Shown here in pieces: positions 18,926 through 27,178 of a stretch of 28,520 bases of DNA. Position 1 is the first letter of the stretch; each line of letters starts with the position of its first letter. Under the pieces are notes generated by a model. It was not told where the DNA came from. It worked only from the letters and a program-made list of their open reading frames with translations, and made no database searches. The DNA is taken from positions 1 to 28,520 of the IMG/VR virus record IMGVR_UViG_3300032312_001278, one strand, 5' to 3'. The translations under genes and the position numbers were made by a program. The stretch is from a virus (taxonomy: Duplodnaviria > Caudoviricetes).

Positions 18926-21180
18926 TAGAAAAATATACAATTGGAATTACAAATGGAAATAGAAATTCGTCTTTAGATTTTCCATGTTCTATTAACGATA
19001 CATTTTATATTGGATCCGATTTATATTTTTGTTGCCCTTTAAGTTTAGTAAATTCTTTGACTGGATTGAGTATAAATTCTGGAAATATTTCAAATTATGT
19101 TGCTGGCACTAGAATAACTACAAATTCTAGCGGTGAGCCATTTACTGAAAATTTTGATTCATTTCCTCTATCAATCGTAGATAATTTTTTAGTTGCTAAC
19201 ATAACTCCATTAACAAATGAGTTTAGCAATGATTATTTGTTAAATAGAATGACTCCATCTGAGGTATTTAAATTATATAAACAGTATTTTATATCAATAA
19301 TTATTGGAACGCCAGCCAATATACAAATACAAATAGCCCAATTTCTTCCTACACATTTTATACAACCATTAAATTTAGTATTGAATACTTTAGAAGCTGG
19401 CCCATACGATGTTTCCTTTAGCCAACTTGATTTATGCAATCCAAATGATTTTACAAATGCAGAAAGAAAAACTATTTTAGAAAATAATCCATTGATGATA
19501 GGTGGAGAAGCTATAAGAGCTTTCTACCCAACAAATTTACCAGTTGGATCTAAAAGCCCACTGATATTTGCATTTCATGGAAATAATCAATTAACAGAGA
19601 ATTATGATTATATTTTATCCACTGCTGCTTCATATGGATACTTTGGCGCATCTATTTCAATAGATCAAGATGTTATAGGACCAGTTTCTGGATGTTATTA
19701 TGCAATTAAATTGATCGATCATCTACAACAAAATCAATCAAAGATAAAAAATGGATATTTTAATAATAAATTAGATTTTTCTAAAATAAATTTATCAGGC
19801 CATAGTAGAGGTGGCGATTTGATAGACTACATTGGATTAGCCCTACAAAATAAAAATGGAACGTATTCTCCAGTAAAAAATAGTTTATTAAATTTGAGTG
19901 ACATAAAATGTTTATTTCCACTAGCACAAGTTAATTCTGGAACAATAACAACGGATGGTATTATATTTGATAGTGATGTAAATCCAATATTGGTAAATAC
20001 TTCAACCGTAGAGTTAGGCAAAAGAAATCATGGAATTCCTACACTATCAATTAGAGCAAAATATGATAATCAAGCGGGACCAGAAGCTCATACAACATTG
20101 ATGATAACTGGGTACAACGAAATCCTAAAGGTTAATACGATTGATAAAGGCGTTGTTATTTTTGATAATGCAGAACACGCTCAATTATCAGATTATTATT
20201 TTAGAGATTTCGTAAATGTTGGACCAAATTCAAGTCTCTTTGGTAGAATTGAAACTAATCATACGTTTAATTCCACATCTATACCAAGAAATAAAATTTC
20301 ATCTAGTATTTTACAGTTTTTATCAATCAATAATTTTAATTCAGATAAACTGAAAAAACTAAGATTTATAGATTATAGAATCAATAATCAAAAAAGTATT
20401 TTTTCACAAAAAATACCTTGTCATGAATTTTTCTATAATAAATTTTCAGATTTAAAGTACATGCTAGATTCGTTCCAGGGATCAACTCTTTCATATGCTG
20501 GTCTTACAGGATTCACAATAAGCCCATATATAGGACACACCTATGGACTAGCAGTAGATTCTGATTATTTTGATTTAAACCCACTTCGCGTATCGACTGC
20601 TGCACAGAATGCTATTGATAATGTACGGCCAATACTTAGATACTTATTCAACTTTGGTGGTGGTGTTTATTATACAGCAGATGTTAATCCGTTAGAAACG
20701 TTCAATGGGATAATGGATTTAACGTATAGCGGATTGTTCATACCAATAGAAAGTAATATTTCTCTTGGATATACATTCACATCTCCTATAAATTTATCTG
20801 AAAACAATTACCTTGCTCTGAGAGGATCATTAATTGCATTTGATGATAATGTTAGTAGAGGAAATACATTAAATGCAAATTTTAATATTACTGTAATAGA
20901 TAACAACAACAACAGTTCAACCCTAACTTCAAAAAATACATCAATAGGATTTGAAAAGGAGTTTAGAATCACTACAGGTGCTTCGTTGAGATCTAGTATA
21001 AGTTCTATCAATAACTGCGTTCCAACAAATATATTTTTTAGGGCTGGTGATTTCAATATAAAAAATTCATCAATTAATATAAACGAAATAAAGCAAATTA
21101 GATTAGATTTTGGTCCAGATTATGGTTCAAAGTTTGCACATATTGTTTTTGATGAATTTGTAGTATACAAAGAATTATAA
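18922..21180 (+). CDS. Alpha/beta-fold serine hydrolase (esterase; chlorophyllase/cutinase-like) with a C-terminal CBM-like beta-sandwich
   Basis: PLIFAFHGN, YDYI...AASYGY..ASI, LDFSKINLSGHSRGG (G-x-S-x-G nucleophile elbow, 19798-19815), candidate Asp in PTLSIRAKYDNQ and His in NAEHAQ. Confidence 0.8.
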   Translation: MIEKYTIGITNGNRNSSLDFPCSINDTFYIGSDLYFCCPLSLVNSLTGLSINSGNISNYVAGTRITTNSSGEPFTENFDSFPLSIVDNFLVANITPLTNEFSNDYLLNRMTPSEVFKLYKQYFISIIIGTPANIQIQIAQFLPTHFIQPLNLVLNTLEAGPYDVSFSQLDLCNPNDFTNAERKTILENNPLMIGGEAIRAFYPTNLPVGSKSPLIFAFHGNNQLTENYDYILSTAASYGYFGASISIDQDVIGPVSGCYYAIKLIDHLQQNQSKIKNGYFNNKLDFSKINLSGHSRGGDLIDYIGLALQNKNGTYSPVKNSLLNLSDIKCLFPLAQVNSGTITTDGIIFDSDVNPILVNTSTVELGKRNHGIPTLSIRAKYDNQAGPEAHTTLMITGYNEILKVNTIDKGVVIFDNAEHAQLSDYYFRDFVNVGPNSSLFGRIETNHTFNSTSIPRNKISSSILQFLSINNFNSDKLKKLRFIDYRINNQKSIFSQKIPCHEFFYNKFSDLKYMLDSFQGSTLSYAGLTGFTISPYIGHTYGLAVDSDYFDLNPLRVSTAAQNAIDNVRPILRYLFNFGGGVYYTADVNPLETFNGIMDLTYSGLFIPIESNISLGYTFTSPINLSENNYLALRGSLIAFDDNVSRGNTLNANFNITVIDNNNNSSTLTSKNTSIGFEKEFRITTGASLRSSISSINNCVPTNIFFRAGDFNIKNSSININEIKQIRLDFGPDYGSKFAHIVFDEFVVYKEL

Positions 21181-21186
21181 TAAATA
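21179..21186 (+). promoter_or_regulatory. T4-like late promoter box (AATAAATA)
   Basis: 6 nt upstream of the ATG at 21193. Confidence 0.6.
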
Positions 21187-21192
21187 ATTAAA

Positions 21193-24078
21193 ATGTCATT
21201 ATACGGATCATCACCATACAACGTAACTGGTCTTACTTTTTTTGCAAACAATGGAGCAAAAGGAGCTCAAGGCCCAGAAGGCCCACAAGGACCACGGGGA
21301 AATCCTGGGTATGGTCCAACTGGACCAACTGGATATGGTGTAACATTTATAAATTTTATCAACAGCAAGATAAACACCGTATACACTGATGGTGAAGTTA
21401 GATCTTCGGAAACAATAGGACAATTAACTGGAAATTATCTTCTTGAAATAACAGGTACTACTGGAGGAAATTTTTCTCCATTAGCATCAACTGAGCAAAT
21501 ATTCGATCAATCCATAGCATATAACGAGGATGGCAATGTAAATATCTTCGAGATAGTCAGAAGATTGAATTTTAAAAATATAAAAACGAATTCCGCCCCC
21601 TTCATTAAGATAGAATATAAAGGCCCACCATCAAGTCCAAATCAGGGTGAACCAGGTCAAACGATAAAATTGACATATGATGTATTCAATCTAGGAGCAT
21701 CAAATGTTTCTGGTGGTCCAAATGGATCACTGGTCATAAACAATCCTGGAAACATTCAGAGTGGATATACTGGAACCACATACAATATATCAGAAAATGC
21801 AGCGGGATTTGGTATATTGAATGGAGCTGAACAGCTTGTAGTTGTCAAACCAATAAATCTATCATCTAATAGAATTCAAATATGGCCGATAGATCCAACA
21901 ATTGGATCTGTTTTTTACTTATCTGGATATTTAAACATAACATCTCAAGATTCAACATATGTGTATGGTCATCATGTGATGATTAAAAAAGATTTATCAT
22001 CGAATTCAACAAAAGCATTCACTTTAATTTTACCAAAAGAATTTTATGTTTCAAATCAGCTTAATAGACTATTTTATTCAACATATGAATTAGATTCAGA
22101 TGTTAACGATATTAATTCATTTTTAAATAATTTATTTAAGAATAAATTTACCCCAAATATTATTTGGCAAAATAGCACTTACTTTTGTCCATCTCAGAAA
22201 TATGACGTAGTTAATTTCATATCAATAGGATCCAGGTATATTGGAATTCCTGGAATAGTGAATACTGATTTAAATACAGAAGCTACTATCTCTCCAGTTC
22301 CAACTACATTTAACTGCAAACCCACAAATTATGAAACATTCTATAGAATAACTTTCAATCCAGTATCTGGAATTTGCTGCAAAGCCGATTGTTCGTGTGA
22401 AGATACTTATGATTTTGAATGCTCTGGATATTTCTACGCTGGGCTGACATGCGGAGTTTCTGGACCATGCTCATCGTTAGGTGTGTGTTGTTTATATTCA
22501 ACCGATAGATCTTTGGTTGTTCCTTGCCAAGAACTTACATATTGTCAATGTGCTCAAGCCGCAAGCCAATCAGGACTGGAATACAATTGGAATAAATTCA
22601 CAACATTGAAGAAGTCTTGTGCTGATTTTAATTGTGAAAATGCTAAAAACTCAATTGGAGCTTGTTGTGATGGAAATGGTGGTTGTCAGGAATTGACTAG
22701 CGATGAGTGCTTATCTTTGGGCCATTACTTTCAGGGAATTGGAATAAATTGTTCTACTTCCGATGGATTGAATGTTTGTTATGATGGAATAGGTGGATGC
22801 TGCGATTCTGGTGTTACATGTGAATCTGGCATAACTGGTTCTGTGTGTTTATCCCAATTTAAAACTTATTTTGGTGATGGAACCACATGCGGGCAATTTA
22901 ATTGCTCTCCAGCCGAAATACCATGTTATTCCATAATAGAAGGAACACAACTAACACCTGGCATGGAATATGACGATGGAATAGTTGTTGGAATTTTCAA
23001 TCCAAACAATACCACCTGTTTTGGTGGAGATATATTTAGTGGTCTAAAAACATCATATGCTGATCTGACTGGAATCACAAAACAAAATTCAATTGAATAC
23101 TTATCCCAATATGATTACTCTGGATATGGATTTGATCCAGCCACAATATGTGAAAATGATTCAGATTCATATATTATTTTAGTATCAAAACACCCAGTGA
23201 ATTTGACTGACGATAAGGTTTTATTGGATGGATCGTCAAACAACCATACATTTACCTGGTCGAATGGTTCTGTTTCATGGGGTCCATTGGTAAACACATC
23301 ATCCTTCATAGTAGATGAATTTGAAAATAACAATCTACAATATAAAGAAGGATATATTTACGATTCTCAGAACGAAACTTCATCTAAATTGAGTTTATAT
23401 CAAAATAGCTTTTTGAGTTGTTTTTCGTCTAGATTCGATACAAATGCATTGACTTTCATAGAAAATAGACCAGTACAATCGTTCAATGGCAACTGGACCA
23501 GAAACAACGGACTCTATAATACAATAAGATTGGTTTCCTCTGAGTATTTCTACTACAACATAGGAACTTCTTCTGATGGAGCCACACTCAGTAACTATTT
23601 ACCATTATCATCCGAGATCACATCTGCAAGAGCTCTATCGATATACAATCGATATTATCCACCACAGAACACTTCTAGCACTGGGTGGTTCATTCCAAGC
23701 ATAGACGAATTATCATATATTTCTAATTCATGTAGAAATACATTCACTTTCAATCTAAATGCTAGATTGATTGAATTGGGATATACACCAATCAGCGGAT
23801 GGCATTGGTCTTCCACTGGTGCATTTGATGTATCCTCTAACGAAGGAATATACGGAGTTTCTGGTGTTACTCACGGTTCAAAAGCATGGGCCGTCAACAT
23901 TGATGTTGATGGGATTTCGGAAAACATGGAAATTTCAAAACAAGCAAGAACAGAAAAATATAAAGTTCGTCCAATTAAAATAATTCGCTGTGACAAGAGA
24001 TCATATCAACCTACAGATGCTAATTTTAAACTTTGGAATATCCCAATCCTGTCAGAATCAATTATAGATAATCAATAA
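21193..24078 (+). CDS. Collagen-like, Cys-repeat tail fibre with a C-terminal DUF1566/Lcl-like domain
   Basis: GAKGAQGPEGPQGPRGNPG.GPTGPTG; four GxCC repeats; G..NTI...WFIPSIDEL...WHWSST...AWAV...KVRPIK. Confidence 0.75.
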   Translation: MSLYGSSPYNVTGLTFFANNGAKGAQGPEGPQGPRGNPGYGPTGPTGYGVTFINFINSKINTVYTDGEVRSSETIGQLTGNYLLEITGTTGGNFSPLASTEQIFDQSIAYNEDGNVNIFEIVRRLNFKNIKTNSAPFIKIEYKGPPSSPNQGEPGQTIKLTYDVFNLGASNVSGGPNGSLVINNPGNIQSGYTGTTYNISENAAGFGILNGAEQLVVVKPINLSSNRIQIWPIDPTIGSVFYLSGYLNITSQDSTYVYGHHVMIKKDLSSNSTKAFTLILPKEFYVSNQLNRLFYSTYELDSDVNDINSFLNNLFKNKFTPNIIWQNSTYFCPSQKYDVVNFISIGSRYIGIPGIVNTDLNTEATISPVPTTFNCKPTNYETFYRITFNPVSGICCKADCSCEDTYDFECSGYFYAGLTCGVSGPCSSLGVCCLYSTDRSLVVPCQELTYCQCAQAASQSGLEYNWNKFTTLKKSCADFNCENAKNSIGACCDGNGGCQELTSDECLSLGHYFQGIGINCSTSDGLNVCYDGIGGCCDSGVTCESGITGSVCLSQFKTYFGDGTTCGQFNCSPAEIPCYSIIEGTQLTPGMEYDDGIVVGIFNPNNTTCFGGDIFSGLKTSYADLTGITKQNSIEYLSQYDYSGYGFDPATICENDSDSYIILVSKHPVNLTDDKVLLDGSSNNHTFTWSNGSVSWGPLVNTSSFIVDEFENNNLQYKEGYIYDSQNETSSKLSLYQNSFLSCFSSRFDTNALTFIENRPVQSFNGNWTRNNGLYNTIRLVSSEYFYYNIGTSSDGATLSNYLPLSSEITSARALSIYNRYYPPQNTSSTGWFIPSIDELSYISNSCRNTFTFNLNARLIELGYTPISGWHWSSTGAFDVSSNEGIYGVSGVTHGSKAWAVNIDVDGISENMEISKQARTEKYKVRPIKIIRCDKRSYQPTDANFKLWNIPILSESIIDNQ
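22369..22929 (+). repeat. Four protein-level cysteine repeats (GICC, GVCC, GACC, GGCC)
   Basis: Unit GxCC-x(3-9)-C-x(6-8)-C-...-(Y/F)xG.G.xC...C; diverged at the DNA level. Confidence 0.85.
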
Positions 24079-27000
24079 TGAGTGCTTTTCCTGGAAGTTC
24101 ACCAATACCAATATATGCGTCTGTTATTCCAGCTGCCATAGGCATTCAGGGGGACACAGGACCAGATGGTCCTATAGGAATCACAGGAGAAGCGTTGAAT
24201 GGTCGCACAGGAGCAACTGGCCCTGGTATAGTGGCTGTATATTACGCTTCGAGTGGAATTTCATTTGAGAATTTCAACAGCACGAAGTTTTATGTTCAAT
24301 TTTCGGGAAATGCTGGTGTAAGTTTTATAGGTGGAATACCACAATCAGTGATTGTTGCAAGGGGACTTACTTCTGGTCCTGTTGCAACCAGAGGTCACTC
24401 TGTTTTATACAGTTATGTTGATATCTTCGAAGCAAGAAATCAAGTTGTGATTCAGCCAAATTTTTCTGGATATGATCCAACAAACGATGAAGTTTCATTA
24501 AAAATAAGAACATTTGAAGCGGCTGGTGCGGCACTTAAAGGAATAAGTGCCGATGGTAGTTATATTTACCTGGTAGGACAAACATACGCTTTTAATTCTA
24601 TTGGAAATACTGGGGAAATATTATATAAAGCAAACAATTTAATGTTTGCTATTGATGGGTCTGTATATAATCCACAAACTCAACTACTCAGCGTCGCTTT
24701 GGCAGCAGATCGGCATCCAGTTCACAATAATCAAAATATAGGGATTCCGACATATACATTTTCAAATCAAAACATATCTGGATTATCTGGAGCAACTGGA
24801 TTTGCATTCTTTAGTGTAAATTACGGTCAATTCGCCATCAACAATAATAATTACCAGCTAGTTGAAGATCCAGCAATATCAGAAACAAGGCTAAATCTAG
24901 GTGTTACTGGATCTGATAATCTAACATTTAAATTTGCTGGGATACAATACGATAAAGAATCCACGTTCACACCACAGATAGTTGAAAGCGACAGTATAGG
25001 ATCTTGTTGTTTTTGTGAAAGTGATACCACAGAAATTGGCTGTCTTGATTACGTAAGCAGAGATTATTGCAGAAATGTTGGAGGAAGTTTCAACACGACA
25101 TCATGCATCAATAGAATTTCTTCTGGCGATTGCTATGCTGAAGGTGCATGTTGCGTCAATGGAAAGTGCATAAATTCATCACTCGAAAAGTGCTCAGAAT
25201 TCAATGGAACATTTTTTCCAGGAGAAATTTGCTCTGGTGAACAAAATGCATCTTCATATTTTACTTGCCCCAATACGTGTCCTGGATCTGTAAATACAGG
25301 ACGCTGTTGCTATCGTGGATATTGCTTTAATCTGACTAATGTTGAATGTTCTGCAATACCAGGGGCTGTATTCAGATCTGGAATTCTGTGTGTGTCAGAA
25401 ACAAACGATCCAGCATGTTGCCAAGGTCTTGCAGGAGCTTGCTGTAAAAAAATAGATGGGGAATATACTTGTAATCAAGAATTACCAGACATATGTTCTG
25501 CTAGTGGAGGTATATTTCATGGACCAGGAACATTATGCGAAGAAGTAGAGTGCTGTGGAACTAATTTTATACAAGAATACTTCAACGATTCAACTTCATG
25601 TAGAGCAAATACCATACAACCATGCTTGCCAATAGGAACAAAGATTGGTGGTGGGTATTTGGTCGGTGTGATTGGAATGCCATCTCCATGCTCATCTTAT
25701 GGAAATCCACTAGTTGCATATGGTCAACCACTAATTTGTAGAGTTCTTCCGAGAGGTAATGTAACTGGAAGTGGATCATTTACTTGGAATTTGAAAAATT
25801 GTGGCGGTGCAAATGCAAGCTCCCCAGGATTATCTGAAGCTTTAGCTTCAGATTTAAACATGAAATATTTCATACGAACAAAATCTTCAAATGAAATAGA
25901 TTTATCATATCAAGATAATGCTATAAATAAATGCTTTGTTAAATATGGTACGCCATATATTCAACAGATAGCAGAAAAACTAACAACAATAGATGGTGTA
26001 CAACAAATAGTTAAATGGAATGATTTGGTTCAATATTCTGGATCTCCAGAATATAATGCATCAAATGGTAGATTTGCATATCCAATCGCTGGGGATATAG
26101 ATTTAAATTATCTAATACCAGAAACTACACAATATTCACCATTATACAGAGAATTAGCTTCTGAATATTATGGAGAAAATTCTATCCATATGTTGTGGGC
26201 TTTAATTGTTGCACCAGAAGATGCATATGATGGAAACAATCTTTTATGGGGAATGAAAGAGGGGCGAGCTAATCTTAATGGATTTAATAATGAACCAATA
26301 ACAACATTTGCAGTTGATGGATTATTATCGACAAGAATGTTTGATCGAAGTTCTATACTAAAACCAAGATTATGGTTCCGTGGTCGTGGAAATATAGATA
26401 GAATGGCTTTTGATAGATTTAAATTTTATAATGAAAATATTGCATTACAACTTAATTGGAATTTTTCAGTAGTTGAAAATTCAATAGAAAATAATATACA
26501 AGAATTTTCACGAAAATATTCAGAAATGTGGGAAGAAAATAATCCACAAAATTCATCTACTAGACAAATTTCAATATTAAATGAAAATGAATATAATGGA
26601 TATAATGATTGGTATATCCCATCTATAACAGAATTAAATTATATTCATAATAATGTTGTAGATTTAAATAATCAAATTTTGATAAATGGCGATCAACCAA
26701 TTACTTTATCAAATAATTCAGAATATTGGTCTTCTACTTCAATTTGCTATCTAAAAGGTTGGAGTAGTTCAGATTATTTAAACTATAATAGCTATACTTT
26801 AAATGAATTAACAAGTAGACTTGTTAATAATCAGATAGTGTTTGCAAAAAATTCTAAATTTAGATTCACAGCTAACGATTTTTCTAGATTGAATGATAAA
26901 ACTGCATATGAACTATCATTAAATGTTTGTGCTGGTGAACATATGCTTACACAAAAATTTTCAGATAGTCTAGAATCAACATCTAATAACGGATTAGTTT

Positions 27001-27158
27001 CCTCTAGAGATAGATTAATCGATTCTGCAAAACTAAGACCTGTTAGAAGAATTCCAATAATAATTGGATGTGCAAATACAAACGTAGGTGAAATAGTTCA
27101 ACCATCATACTTCTCAAGCTGTGAATCGTGTCCAGGTGATTGCAATCCGTCATTATAA
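24078..27158 (+). CDS. Second collagen-like, Cys-repeat tail fibre with a C-terminal DUF1566/Lcl-like domain
   Basis: GIQGDTGPDGPIGITG..GRTGATGPG; four GxCC repeats; IGTKIGGGYLVG...LIVAP...GYNDWYIPSITEL...YWSST...LRPVRR. Confidence 0.75.
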   Translation: MSAFPGSSPIPIYASVIPAAIGIQGDTGPDGPIGITGEALNGRTGATGPGIVAVYYASSGISFENFNSTKFYVQFSGNAGVSFIGGIPQSVIVARGLTSGPVATRGHSVLYSYVDIFEARNQVVIQPNFSGYDPTNDEVSLKIRTFEAAGAALKGISADGSYIYLVGQTYAFNSIGNTGEILYKANNLMFAIDGSVYNPQTQLLSVALAADRHPVHNNQNIGIPTYTFSNQNISGLSGATGFAFFSVNYGQFAINNNNYQLVEDPAISETRLNLGVTGSDNLTFKFAGIQYDKESTFTPQIVESDSIGSCCFCESDTTEIGCLDYVSRDYCRNVGGSFNTTSCINRISSGDCYAEGACCVNGKCINSSLEKCSEFNGTFFPGEICSGEQNASSYFTCPNTCPGSVNTGRCCYRGYCFNLTNVECSAIPGAVFRSGILCVSETNDPACCQGLAGACCKKIDGEYTCNQELPDICSASGGIFHGPGTLCEEVECCGTNFIQEYFNDSTSCRANTIQPCLPIGTKIGGGYLVGVIGMPSPCSSYGNPLVAYGQPLICRVLPRGNVTGSGSFTWNLKNCGGANASSPGLSEALASDLNMKYFIRTKSSNEIDLSYQDNAINKCFVKYGTPYIQQIAEKLTTIDGVQQIVKWNDLVQYSGSPEYNASNGRFAYPIAGDIDLNYLIPETTQYSPLYRELASEYYGENSIHMLWALIVAPEDAYDGNNLLWGMKEGRANLNGFNNEPITTFAVDGLLSTRMFDRSSILKPRLWFRGRGNIDRMAFDRFKFYNENIALQLNWNFSVVENSIENNIQEFSRKYSEMWEENNPQNSSTRQISILNENEYNGYNDWYIPSITELNYIHNNVVDLNNQILINGDQPITLSNNSEYWSSTSICYLKGWSSSDYLNYNSYTLNELTSRLVNNQIVFAKNSKFRFTANDFSRLNDKTAYELSLNVCAGEHMLTQKFSDSLESTSNNGLVSSRDRLIDSAKLRPVRRIPIIIGCANTNVGEIVQPSYFSSCESCPGDCNPSL
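24999..25626 (+). repeat. Four protein-level cysteine repeats (GSCC, GACC, GRCC, GACC)
   Basis: For example GACCVNGKCINSSLEKCSEFNGTFFPGEIC and GACCKKIDGEYTCNQELPDICSASGGIFHGPGTLC. Confidence 0.85.
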
Positions 27159-27165
27159 TACAAAG

Positions 27166-27173
27166 AATAAATA
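27166..27173 (+). promoter_or_regulatory. T4-like late promoter box (AATAAATA)
   Basis: In the 20-nt gap, 5 nt upstream of the ATG at 27179. Confidence 0.62.
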
Positions 27174-27178
27174 ATATT

